Source: Prasinococcaceae sp. CCMP 1430 (taxonomy: Eukaryota > Plantae > Prasinodermophyta). Taken from it: 64,000 bases of DNA. Made by a program: the position numbers and the translations under genes. The stretch is taken from positions 1 to 64,000 of the forward strand of contig RQSC01000958.1 in NCBI GenBank assembly GCA_013416795.1, given 5' to 3'. The notes beneath the pieces were generated by a model, which searched no databases, had not been told where the DNA came from, and saw nothing but the letters and a program-made list of their open reading frames with translations. The first letter of the stretch is position 1. The number at the start of each line of letters is the position of its first letter. Positions 1 to 11,106 of this stretch are shown here, piece by piece.

Positions 1-198
1 CGCGCCAGGGCGCTGTGGCCGCGCACGGCGCCCTGCTGCGCGCGCGCGCGCGTCGCGTTGCGCTCCAATGCGCGGCACGAGTGTGCCTGCGTGCGCGAGC
101 CGCGCGCGCGCGGCAGTGTCCCCACCCTACCTCCCCCTGTTCGGCACGTCGTGCTGACCCTTGCATGCCTTATCCGCATAACCCTGCTCGGCCCATAG

Positions 199-600
199 GC
201 AAAGCGTGGAGACGAGAGGTTTGTCTGGACCCGGGGGGCGTTCCTCAAGGAGACCTTCTCGTACCTCCCCCCCCTCTCGGACGGCGAGATCGCCCGCCAG
301 GTCGAGTACTGCGTCGCCTCGGGCTGGACCCCGTGCATTGAGTTCGACTGGGGTGAGCGCGCGGAGATGCACCGCGACAGCAACTTCATCAAGACCCCCC
401 AGCCGTGCTACCAGGACGGCCGCTACTGGATGATGTGGAAGCTCCCCATGTACGGCTGCACCAACCCCAACCAGGTGCTCGAGGAGGTCCGCCAGTGCAA
501 GTCGGAGTACCCCCACGCGTACGTCCGCGTCATCGGCTTCGACTCGGTGCGCCAGGTGCAGTGCCTGTCGTTCATCGTCCAGAAGCCGGCGCAGTACTAA
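199..600 (+). CDS. rbcS: Rubisco small subunit, copy A (last exon; 5' part lies before the window)
   Basis: Branch-like GCTGAC near 153 and CATAG acceptor ending at 198. The exon reads [28 protein letters not shown]...[12 protein letters not shown]...[23 protein letters not shown], with the RbcS motifs ETFSYLPP, YWxMWKLP and IGFD. Confidence 0.93.
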   Translation, partial: AKRGDERFVWTRGAFLKETFSYLPPLSDGEIARQVEYCVASGWTPCIEFDWGERAEMHRDSNFIKTPQPCYQDGRYWMMWKLPMYGCTNPNQVLEEVRQCKSEYPHAYVRVIGFDSVRQVQCLSFIVQKPAQY

Positions 601-1139
601 GTGCTGCAAGCAACTCCTGCATCTCGATGTGCGATATTGTGTGACTAGCGAGAGGGCCTTCAGTTTGAGTACAACCTTATAGAGTACAACCTTATACCAT
701 ACGGAAACTATTGCGGGCTGTTGAGGACTTCGCGCCAGCGCTCTCGTGTAAGGTCCGACTCTTTCTTCACTTCAACGCTGTCTCAATTACATCTGTGCGC
801 CTGCGCTCTCTACTGCCCTCATACGCACAGCGGGCCGATCGCGCACGTATGGCGCTGGCCGTCCCGAGCTCGCGTCAAGCACGGCCGCGACTTCCAACCC
901 AGGTCGTCCGTCTCGCCCACGACGTCGCCGGGCACGAGCTCGTTTCAATCGCCCGAACCGTACAGGTGTCTTGCCGGCCCCCCCTTCCCCTCGCCCCCCC
1001 TCGCCCGTCGCCAGAGCGGCGCGCTGGGTGTGTCGTCGCCGATGGACTCGAGCAAGGGGAAGCGTTTGCCGATCTACAGAGGCGCAGCTGGCAGAGACCC
1101 GCTGGGCGTGGCTTTTGCTGACAGGTTGCGCACGAGAAA

Positions 1140-1570
1140 TCAGTATCCAACCTGCACGTGCGCGATGCATATGACCATGTCGTCTCCTTCGTCGCCGAGC
1201 GCGTCGACCTCAACCCCTGAGGGTGCGGCCAGACCTCCGACCCTCACGTCTATCTCTACGCGCCCGTATGGAAAGACTGCCTCCACGGCTGCTGTATCGA
1301 GACCGTCCACGTACTTTTCCGGCACGCCGAGCGTCACACGCAGGCGCATGCCGTCGTACCCGCCGGGCACGATTTCACGGATGGCTGGCAGCGAATTGAA
1401 CTCGATGGCGTTGCGCGCGGCTCGCGCGGCGGCCTTGGTGACGTTCTGGCCGTGCGCGTCGCAGCCGAAGCCCGTCTCGATGAAGAGCACGCGCTCCCAG
1501 CCGTCAGGCGCGGTCGCGCGCATCCCGCCTCCGCCTGCGGCGGCGGCGGCGACGGCGGCGGCGGCGTGGA
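1140..1570 (-). CDS. Lin0512-family protein (5' end in N gap)
   Basis: LFIETGFGCDAHGQNVTKAAARAARNAIEFNSLP...LGVP...VFPYG...GGL...IAHVQVGY* matches my recollection of the Lin0512 family signature (IExGxGxDxHGQxxTKAAxRA). Confidence 0.8.
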
Positions 1571-2074
1571 NNNNNNNNNNNNNNNNNNNNNNNNNNNNNN
1601 NNNNNNNNNNNNNNNNNNNNNNNNNNNNNNNNNNNNNNNNNNNNNNNNNNNNCGCCGTCGGTGCGCGCGCGCGCGCCCGGCGCATGCGTTTTGATAGGCC
1701 CGCCTTCGTCCCGATCCGAGCGGCGCGCGCGGGCGCGCGCGCGCGAAGCGCATGCGTTTTGATATGAAAGCGTTCCCCGACGCGATCCGAACCGCAGCGG
1801 CGCGCGCGCGCGCGCGGCAACGGCCGCCAAACGCGCGGAGAGGGGGGATTTCGGTGGGGGTTAACCGCGAAGCGAAGCGGGGCGAGAGGGTGCGATCTGA
1901 TGGGAAAGGCGGACGAGCGAAACCGCGGTTGCGCGCGCCGGGGAGCGAGAGGGAGATCTCTGCGACCTGCGCGCCCCTGCCGCGCGCGCCCCGGCGGACG
2001 CGCACGGAGGTCTTAGCGCGCGCAGCCGCCGCGGTGCCACTCCTCGCACACACCACCTACCCCCACTTATCAAA

Positions 2075-2802
2075 ATGGCCGCCGTCGCGTCGTGCATCGC
2101 CAACAAGGCCGTCGCCTCCAAGGCGGTGGCCGTCAAGGTCTCGGCCAACAAGGCCGGCGCCATGCAGGTACGCTGCGGCCGCGCCGCGCGCGCGCCCTAG
2201 CGAGAAAGTGTCGGCGCGGCGCGCAGCGCAGTGGGGCGCACCTGCTCCGCCGGGCTGGACGGCACGCGTCTCCGGTCGCAGGCCGCCCGTTCTTCTTCCT
2301 CCTTCGGCGGCGCGACACACGCACGCACGCGCGCCGCGCGCGCGCGGCGCCCCATCCGTGCTCTTTATGTTCTCTCTTCGCACAGCGTGCTAACAGTCTA
2401 CGGTCTTATCCGTTTCGCACCTCTGCTCTCCAAACAGACCTGGGCCCCCCGCAAGGAGTTCGAGACCTTCTCGTACCTCCCCCCCCTCTCGGACGGCGAG
2501 ATCGCCCGCCAGGTCGAGTACTGCGTCGCCTCGGGCTGGACCCCGTGCATTGAGTTCGACTGGGGTGCGCGCGCGGAGATGCACCGCGACAGCAACTTCA
2601 TCAAGACCCCCCAGCCGTGCTACCAGGACGGCCGCTACTGGATGATGTGGAAGCTCCCCATGTACGGCTGCACCAACCCCAACCAGGTGCTCGAGGAGGT
2701 CCGCCAGTGCAAGTCGGAGTACCCCCACGCGTACGTCCGCGTCATCGGCTTCGACTCGGTGCGCCAGGTGCAGTGCCTGTCGTTCATCGTCCAGAAGCCG
2801 GC
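2075..2802 (+). CDS. rbcS: Rubisco small subunit, copy B (exon 1 2075-2167 transit peptide; intron 2168-2437; exon 2 runs into N gap)
   Basis: ATG 2075, Ala/Lys/Val-rich transit peptide ending GAMQ, GTACGC donor, GCTAAC branch point and CAG acceptor. Splicing gives MQ|[16 protein letters not shown], the conserved rbcS intron position. Confidence 0.97.
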
Positions 2803-3128
2803 NNNNNNNNNNNNNNNNNNNNNNNNNNNNNNNNNNNNNNNNNNNNNNNNNNNNNNNNNNNNNNNNNNNNNNNNNNNNNNNNNNNNNNNNNNNNNNNNNN
2901 NNNNNNNNNNNNNNNNNNNNNNNNNNNNNNNNNNNNNNNNNNNNNNNNNNNNNNNNNNNNNNNNNNNNNNNNNNNNNNNNNNNNNNNNNNNNNNNNNNNN
3001 NNNNNNNNNNNNNNNNNNNNNNNNNNNNNNNNNNNNNNNNNNNNNNNNNNNNNNNNNNNNNNNNNNNNNNNNNNNNNNNNNNNNNNNNNNNNNNNNNNNN
3101 NNNNNNNNNNNNNNNNNNNNNNNNNNNN

Positions 3129-5501
3129 CGCGAGGCGTCGCCGGGCGCGAGGCCGGCCGGCGACGCCGGGGAGGGGGCGGGTGGCGAGGTGGACGGGGCC
3201 GGCGCTGCTGCGGCAGAGGAAGACGATGCAGACGCGCTCGAGGACGACGAGGCCGACAAAGTCGGTGCCATCGATGCTGCCGCGCCTGCAGACGAAGGCG
3301 CGGGCGTAGCTGAGGACGACGAGCCGGCCGATGCCGACGCCGCACCTGCCCCCATCGACGTGTTCGACGAAGCGCAGGCCGACGACGGCGACGCAGACGT
3401 GGATGATGAGGATCTCGACGAGCTCGCGGAATATGAGAGAGTCTTCGTCGAAGAGGCGGGCGATGCGGACGAGGACGAGGAGGCCGAAGAGATGCAGGAG
3501 GCAATGAGCGGCGACGAAGACGAGGCGGCGGAGGAGCTCGAGGAAGTGCGTGACATCATCGCGGACCGCAGCCTACACGCAAACACCCAGCGCCTGCTCC
3601 GCGAAGGAAAGGATGTTGCCTTCAAGCGGGTGAAGCCTGAGGTGAAACCCGTCGGGGACGTGGTATCTCTCATGCTCGATCGCCTCGAAAGGCGGCGCAG
3701 GCGTGGGCGGGCGGCCGAGGAGCCCGAGCACGTGGCGATGGAGACGCAGGAGGTCAAAGCCCTGGAGCTGGCGGTGGACGAACCGGCGGCCGAGCCAACG
3801 CTGAAAATCCTAAAGCTCGCGGTGGACGAGCCCACCGCCACGCAGCATCAGCGGCATGGGCAGCCGCAGGAGACGACAGGACGGGTGGAGACGGCACAGT
3901 CGCCGCAGGCCCCAGCGCCGCTCTCAGCGACCGACGGGGGCGCGGCCGCCCAGGCAGCGGGCACCGCATCGGGCGAGCACGCGGCGGACGAGCCCGACGT
4001 GGCGGAGCCTCCTGCGATGGAAGAGCAGGTTGCGGCGGGTGGGGCGCCTGTGGAGCCCAGCGTGGCGACAGCTTCCGAGCAGCCCGCGGGGATGGGAGCT
4101 GGGGAGGAACCCGCGGCAGTGGCAGACGCGGAGCTCGGGGCGACGGATCCAGATTCACTGCCCGCGACGGTGTTGGCGTCAGCTCCGGAGCGAGGCGCAG
4201 CTGCAACGGATCCCATGGCTTCGGAGGCAGCAGCAGTGGCGGCTGTTGACGTCGACACGCAGGATGTGCCCACCGTCGTCGAGGCGAGAGCTCCCACCGC
4301 TGCCTCTGGCGACCTCTTCGTCGACGATGCCGCGTGCGAGAGCGACGAGGATGGTGGCAATGCCGAGGACGACGAGGAGGAGGCGGAGGATGAGGAGGAG
4401 GACGGCCAGGAATACTCGGACATGGAGGGTTTCTTGGCGGACGATGGCGAGGAAGACGGCGACGATGAGGCACACAGGCAGCTCGACCTTGAGCACGCCC
4501 GCGCGCAGGCGGACGCCGAGCGCAGGATGCCCACCACCGCACCGGTCACCGCTGCTGGCGCCAGGTTCGTGCCGCGCCAAACCTCTATGCCAAAGTCGCG
4601 CGCAACATCCATCCTGGCGGCGGCTCTCGCCACGGGCGCCGCCCCGCAGCCGTCGCTCTTGCCGACGTCCAAGCCCAGCTTTCACCCGTTTGAGGCGCGT
4701 GCCGCGGCCGCGGCGGCTGCGGTTGCGTGCGGCGACCGCGAGGACGTCGCGCAAGAGCTCGCCCAAGGGAACGAGGATGAGCTCGCACTGGAAGACGGTG
4801 GGGCGAAGGAGGCCGCCAGCGTAGAGGATGGCAGCGATGAGGAGGACTACGACAGCGAGGAGGAGCACCGCGAGCGCTTTAAGCGGCAGAAGCTCCTTGA
4901 TGAGATCAACGAGAAAGAAAATGCACGTGCGATGCCGAGCCTGGAGGACGACTCCCAGGAGGTGTTTGGCATGCTCCACCGCGTGAACTCGCGCTCCATG
5001 GGCGCGCACACCCGCGACGGGGCTGGCGGCGCCGCGAGCCGCCCGATGTTGCTGCGCGGTGGGGGCTTTTCGTCGCAGGGGCAGGCATCGCAGGAGGGCA
5101 GCTTCCTCAATATCCTCAACAGCAACACACGAAGCGCTGTGTCATCACGCGACGGCACCAGTGCCACGAAGAGCTTTGTCTTCAACCGCGTCGACCCCGT
5201 CGATCCAGTCAAGACGGAGCTCCATGGTGGCGGACGATCCAGCTCGCGCCACGCCCTCGGCGGCAGGGTGCGCCAAAACAGCGCGAGACTGCTGCCCCCA
5301 GCGAGCGCGGGAGGCAGCAGCATGAGCGGCCTGTTCGGAAAGTTGGCGCAGAGGCAAAACTCGATGCCCGCGCCCTCGAATGCCAGCATCGGTAGCGAGG
5401 GCGCATCTGCGCCGCAAGCGGCGCCGCAGCAGCGCCCTGGCCTCAGGCCTCTCCTGAGCACGTTCGGCCAGGGGCGGACTGTGTACCCTGCGACATTATA
5501 A
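3129..5501 (+). CDS. Large acidic low-complexity protein, possibly claspin/Mrc1-like (5' end in gap)
   Basis: Open frame of about 790 codons with E/D/A bias. Segments LFVDDAACESDED...MEGFLADD...DEAHRQLDLEH and ERFKRQKLL...LEDDSQEVFGML resemble the Mrc1/claspin C-terminal pattern (recollection only). Confidence 0.5.
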   Translation, partial: REASPGARPAGDAGEGAGGEVDGAGAAAAEEDDADALEDDEADKVGAIDAAAPADEGAGVAEDDEPADADAAPAPIDVFDEAQADDGDADVDDEDLDELAEYERVFVEEAGDADEDEEAEEMQEAMSGDEDEAAEELEEVRDIIADRSLHANTQRLLREGKDVAFKRVKPEVKPVGDVVSLMLDRLERRRRRGRAAEEPEHVAMETQEVKALELAVDEPAAEPTLKILKLAVDEPTATQHQRHGQPQETTGRVETAQSPQAPAPLSATDGGAAAQAAGTASGEHAADEPDVAEPPAMEEQVAAGGAPVEPSVATASEQPAGMGAGEEPAAVADAELGATDPDSLPATVLASAPERGAAATDPMASEAAAVAAVDVDTQDVPTVVEARAPTAASGDLFVDDAACESDEDGGNAEDDEEEAEDEEEDGQEYSDMEGFLADDGEEDGDDEAHRQLDLEHARAQADAERRMPTTAPVTAAGARFVPRQTSMPKSRATSILAAALATGAAPQPSLLPTSKPSFHPFEARAAAAAAAVACGDREDVAQELAQGNEDELALEDGGAKEAASVEDGSDEEDYDSEEEHRERFKRQKLLDEINEKENARAMPSLEDDSQEVFGMLHRVNSRSMGAHTRDGAGGAASRPMLLRGGGFSSQGQASQEGSFLNILNSNTRSAVSSRDGTSATKSFVFNRVDPVDPVKTELHGGGRSSSRHALGGRVRQNSARLLPPASAGGSSMSGLFGKLAQRQNSMPAPSNASIGSEGASAPQAAPQQRPGLRPLLSTFGQGRTVYPATL

Positions 5502-5513
5502 TGACTTGATGGT

Positions 5514-7206
5514 TTACATGTTTGCGCCCTCAACGATTCTGAGTTTGTGCAGCGCCTCGGCGCAGGACGTCCCGGCGTCATAGCGCACCGTGTGCCTGCG
5601 TTTGAAGGGCTCAAAGACCGCCACGGTTCCCCAGGCCCGCACCTCGCCGTCGCCGCCGTCGCTGCAGACCGCTATGCGCCTGCCCACTGCGCGCTCGCCA
5701 AGGAGCGAGAGCACGCCGCCGAGCTTCCCCTCCGCCGCCGCGATCGCCGCACTCGCCGTGAGGCACGCCTGCCGCAGCGTGGGCCTCCCGCACGTGTAGC
5801 ACTCACCACACCTCCAGCCCTTGGGTGGGGCCTCCCGTGGCCTTCCGTCGTCTGGAACGCACCATGGCCGCGAGCTGGCCACTGTGGCCGCCATGGAGTC
5901 TGCGAGGCCCCTGAGCAGACCTGCGGCTATTTGGGGCCACTGAGCGCTACTCTCGGGGGCACCAGGTGCGCCAGAAGCCCCAAACTCGTGTGCCCCCACT
6001 GGAGCGACTTGCCAAGGTCCTAGCGGTGCCGCTAGTCGCAACCGCGGGCGAATGCGGCCATGAGCGACTGTGACCGTGGGCGCATCCGCCAGTTCGGGCT
6101 GCGCGCCGCCTGGTTGCCCGGGCTCAGGCGCCGCCACGTAGTGGAGCCGTACCTCCGCCGCGTTGTGCCGGCGGTGCGTGGCGGACGCTGGGCCGACCAG
6201 AGTTGCGGGGAACCACCCGCTGCCACAGCCACTACCGCCGTCACCACCGTCGACGCCATCTCCGCACCACTGCACCTCCACTCTGTCGCCGCAGCGGAAT
6301 GCGTGTCCAGGCTGCGCGACGGGCGCCGCAAGGCGCAGCCACTCGCTCGGCACGCTCTCGTGCAGTACGGGCGACTCGGGGCCTTCCGAGCAGACTTGCG
6401 CGGGTCGGTCACGTTCGTCCAGCTTCTCATGCACGTCGTTACGACTGCCTTCCTGCGTGGTGTGCTCCGCAGCCTGCCTGGCTACGCCCCCTGCCGAGCC
6501 GCCGGTTTTGTACTCGACGAGCGTGTGGCTCGGCAGCTCGCGCGCTTCGCCGAGCGACGTCGCGCTCAGCCACCCCCCTTCGCCCCCACAAGGCGAAAGC
6601 TCCACGTGCACGCCCGGTTGGAACCCCCCACTGGGCGTGACGGCGGTGGCGTACCGCGGCTGTGCGGCGCCATGCGAGGGCACATCTGCGAGACTCACGA
6701 ATTGCTGCGAGCACGCGTCCGCGCCGGCGAGCAACCGCTGAAGCTCTGTGGCCCGCAGCACTCCTGTGTTGGCACCCCCCACGCCGAGCACCTGCCGCGA
6801 GAACGCCTCCAGCGCGGCGCCTTCCCTGCCTCGCAGCCGCGCCCCCTCGGCGAGCGCGGCCGCGGCGCCCGGGACGAGCACGGCGGCCACGGCGGCGTCG
6901 CGCGGGTGCGCCGCGCGCGCGGCTTGGACGGCGGCCTCCGCCTTGGCGCGGTCGCCCGCCATGAGGCACAGCTGGCAGAGCGCTCCCAGCAGCACGTCGC
7001 GCCTGGGGACGCTCTCGGAGGCGGCCAGGTCGCGCGCGGCCTCCACCGCCACCGCTGCCGCGAGGATGGCGTCGCGCGCGTCGCCGCCGACGTTCGTCTG
7101 CCGCGAGACCGCCGCGAAGAGCGCGAAGGGGCGGTGCGCCACAGAGTAGGGGGCGGCGCGCGCGGCAGCCGCCGCGCCGCGTGGCACCGCGGTGCCGTCG
7201 CGCGCA

Positions 7207-7257
<51 letters not shown>

Positions 7258-7358
7258 GGAGAAGGTTGGTCTGACGTTGGGGTCAGCGCCGGGGTGGCGG
7301 GCGCAGTTGCGGTCAGGGTTTCATGTTTTGATCGAAAATGCCCCCTAAAATCAAACAT
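5514..7358 (-). CDS. Protein with helical/TPR-like N-part and about three Tudor/Agenet-like domains (start uncertain, poly-C tract)
   Basis: FQPGVHVELSP..GGW...TLVEY, FRCGDRVEVQW...WFPATLV...VRLHY and VGRRIAV...WGTVAVFEPFKRRHTVRYDAG are Tudor-like beta-barrel patterns. Confidence 0.6.
7207..7256. repeat. Poly-G homopolymer (50 nt)
   Basis: Directly visible; may partly be a sequencing artefact. Confidence 0.8.
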
Positions 7359-8232
7359 CAAAATAAACTCTTTGAGGCTTTGCTTTGTGACACCCTACCA
7401 GATTCCCCGCGCCTCGGTGCACCACCCACCCACGGGAAAAGTCGAAGGCGTTCGAACACGAGGGGGGCCAGGGCAGTCCTGCGGACGGGGTCGCGCGAAC
7501 TCGCGCGCGGCCCGCGGCCGCGTGGGGCGGGCGCCTCCTCAGCTCGTCGCGCTCTCGCTTCCTGCGATCGCCGCCGCCGCCGCCGCCGCCGCAGCGTCGC
7601 CAAATCATAAACCCTATTTTAGCCCACGGTATAAACCCAAAATGCGCACGAACCTGAACTCACCTCGACTCTGTGCTGGCGCGTCGGCGAGCCACGTGAC
7701 GACGACGCCATCAAAACACCCACGGTAACAAAAACAAAAAGAATTCTGAATTGATAGGTCAGAATGCGTTGAGAAGGACCCTCAAATCTTTGTGTTTCTT
7801 TTTGTTTCTCGATTTCCAACTCGATTTCCAATCAAATTGCATTGAAATGGGAAACGGGAGACGGCACACCGGAGCGGTCCAATGCGTTTTGACCTGGGGC
7901 GGCGGCGGCGGCGGCTGGGTTGGGGGCGCGGGAGCGAGCGAGCGAGCGCCGGGGCCAGAGGACGCGCGCGCGACGACGCGGCAGGTTCGCCCACGGGCGC
8001 CGCGGCGAAGAAGCGGCTCGTTGGCGAGGGCTTCGGCGTGCCCGTGAGCCCGCGGAATCACGGCGCGCGCGAGGCGCACGCGGCGGCCACCGAGGCGGAC
8101 TCATACGACTTTGCGGCCGGCAGTGGGCGCTGCACGGCGCATGAGGCGCTCGCCGACACGCGCGTGGCGCTCGCCGCGCCGCTGCTCGAGGGCGCGTGGC
8201 TGGACACGCTCCAGAGAAACGGCGACGCGGGG

Positions 8233-9944
8233 ATGGGCGCGCCGTGCGTACCCTCAGGGGGCGTCAACGCGGACCGCGCGCGGGGCCGCCGACAGCACAG
8301 CGGGCAACGCCACGAGGACGACTTCGCACAGATCGTCCTTGTGTGCGAGGCGAACCTGTCCAACAATATCATGGGTGCGCTCCATCCAAATGGCTCGCTC
8401 TACGAGCGGCCCGTCAATATGGCGGTGTGCTCGCGCCAGCACCTCGCCTTTCGCGAGGCGCTGGAGGCCGAGGGCGCGCACACCCTCAGCGTGCGCGAGG
8501 TGCTGCTGCACGATTGCTCGAGCAGCGTCCGAGCACGCGTGGAGCTCGAGGACCTCGCTGCGGACGTGCTCGTGTACGAGATGGACGAGAGCGCAGCGCA
8601 AAACATCATGAATAGTGCCGATCCCTACTACGTGACTGACCACTACAAGTCCAGCGTGCTACGTGCGATGTCTCCCGAGCAGCTGATCGATGTCATCCTC
8701 ACTGCTCCGCGTGTGGTCATCACGCCGTCATTTCGTGACACAGGCTTCACTGCCACGTATGAGTTTCGCCCGAAGGCCAATCTACAGTTCACGCGCGATC
8801 AACAGATCGTCACTCTGAACGGCATCGTGATGGCTCGGCTGCGCTCCAGCCAGCGTGCAGGCGAGGTCAAGATCATGCGCTACGTTCATCAAAAGCTCGG
8901 CCTTCCAGTCATTGGGGAAGTCTGCGACGAGGGCGCGTTCTTGGAGGTGCGTGCATGCTGCCGCGTTTAGGGACGCACGGCGCGCGCGCGCGCTCTGGCT
9001 TGTCGCAGCGCTCCCGGCTTTTGCTGACCACCGGCTCTCGACCCTCATGTGCGTGCTCCGGTTGGGCTGGCACCCTTGCTCTTTCAGGGCGGTGATTTTT
9101 TCCCCGCCGGCGAGGACCTGTGCCTGCTTGGAGTTGGGCTGCGCTCCAATCGCGCGGCGGCGCTCGAGCTCATGCGCAAGGACTTGCTCGGAACGCGCCG
9201 CGTGGCTGTGGTGCGCGACGAAAGTGACCTTTCGCAGGACCGCATGCACCTCGACTGCGTCTTTAACATCGCCTCGGACAGCGTGTGCCTGCTGTTCGAG
9301 GGCGCGATGGGCGATGCGCCGACGCGTCGCTTGGTCGACGTGTACGAGCGCGCTGGCGCCGGTGCCCAGTATGCGCTCAAGCGTGAAAGCGTCGAGTTCG
9401 GCGAGTTCCTGAGTGGGGAGGGATACACCATCATCCCCATCACGCTCGAGGAGCAGCTTGCGTACGGCTGGTATGTGCTCGCGCGCGCGTGCGCGCCCTC
9501 GTCACTGCGATCAAGCCGCGCGTGCTTGCGCGCTGTGCGTGCCCACACGAGCATGCGTTTTGGCTGACACGCTCTGCACGCCGCCGTGCCTACCCTCGCA
9601 TGCGCAGCAACATACTCAACCTCGGCGGCGGTTGCGTCATGAGCTGTCACGAGGGTTCTGCGCGCAAGCTCGCGCGCACCAAGCGATTCACGGGCAACGT
9701 GCACTACCTCGAGTTCGATCAGATCACAGCCATGTACGGCGCGCTGCACTGCAGCTCGCAGGTGCTTCTGCGCACACGGGATGGGCTCATGCAGAACGGC
9801 GGGGAATGCCTCATGCGCCGTCGCCTGAGGCTGAAAGCGAAGGCATCGAGCGCGGCCAATGCGGAGCGCTTGCGATTGGCCGCCGAGGGCACGCCGCCAT
9901 TCTCAGGCAGGCGCACACCGTCGTTCCCCAGGCTAGCTCCATGA
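8233..9944 (+). CDS. Arginine deiminase (amidinotransferase superfamily); introns 8947-9087 and 9471-9607; frame open upstream to 7882
   Basis: The spliced product has FTRDQQ, FLE|GGDF, RMHLDCVF and MYGALHCSSQ (catalytic Asp/Glu/His/Asp/Cys pattern). Both introns are GT-AG and phase-consistent. Confidence 0.9.
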
Positions 9945-10028
9945 CCGCTGGCCGTGGCTGCCACTTTGGCTGGTTCACGACCCGCGTCACATAAAAGTAC
10001 TGATTACATGTGTACACGCCGTACGCCA

Positions 10029-10465
10029 TCATCTTCTGGCGCGTTTGGCGGGCGGTGCGTCCACGCTGAGCGTGCCCTCCGTCTCCTTGGCGAGCACGTC
10101 TGCCTGCGCGGCGGCCGCGCGCGCTTTAGCACGTGCGACGCGCTCGCGGCGCATCTCGGCACGTTGCGGCAGAGCGCGCTCCGCGCCGTGTCGCACGACC
10201 TCCTGCGGGCACGTGGCACAGGCGCCGTGCCGGCGCGGGTCAGGCACGCGCTCAGTGGGCTCCTGGGATTCACTGACACAGCATGCTAGCACACAAGGCC
10301 ATGCAGGGCTCACGCTTCCGCAAGGAGCGCACGCCCAGGTGCGGATGATGACTGCGACGCGGGCGCGCGGACACATGAGCGCGTGGACGCACTCACCTCC
10401 AACGACAGCGCATCGTCGTCGGCCATGCCATCAGCCCCCCCCGAGCCCGCGCCCCCGATGTCCAT
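10029..10465 (-). CDS. Small hypothetical two-exon protein (~80 aa) with C-terminal basic NLS-like motif
   Basis: gccATG at 10465, GTGAGT donor at 10396, CTGAC branch point and CCGCAG acceptor at 10203. Product is MDIGGAG...SLE|EVVRHGAER...PPAKRARR*. Confidence 0.45.
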
Positions 10466-11106
10466 GGCGCCAAACAAACGCGACGCGAGTGCGGCCGCGG
10501 GCCGCAGGTCGCACCAGACGCCGACAGGTGTGCGCCAGGGAGGGAGGTGTCGTCGCGGGGCGAGCGTCCGCGCCTGGGACTGGCAGCGGGAAGCGCGCGC
10601 GCGCTCCAACGCCGTTCGCCGCGCGTTCCCCCCCCCCCCCTCCTTCTCCCCCGCCCTTGTGGCGGGGGGCAGGGGAGGGGTTCGACGACGCGCGGGAACT
10701 CGCTCCACTGACCCCGGCGCCAGCGCCGTGTGGCGGGACCGCCTGCGCGCCAGCACTCCTACGCCTGCTCGCGCACGCAGCCGCCGTACCGGCTCCCTGC
10801 TGGCGTCCTCTGCGAACCCTACCCCAATTTGATAGCCGTCTGGAACCTTGGGTGGTTCGGAGCGAACGTTGCATTCGACCACGCAAATTTGCACGCGCAC
10901 CCTCTCTCGCTCGCGCGGGCGCGCGCGGGCGTGTGCAGACACGTGTGCGCGGTGCGCCCCCCGTTTGCGCAAGCCTCTTGAGCGGCGTCTGCGCGCTGGT
11001 TTCTAAGAGCAGGGGCGTGTGCTTGCAGCGATGGAACTTTCCCCGTGAGTTACAGCTCTACGCCTCTCGGGGCAGCGCCCTAGCGCTGCATGTACGCGCC
11101 TGATAC

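Noticed and set aside
199-2802. RbcS polyprotein (Euglena-like) spanning both copies
   Set aside because: Copy A ends in TAA at 598-600, copy B has its own ATG and transit peptide, and an opposite-strand gene lies between them.
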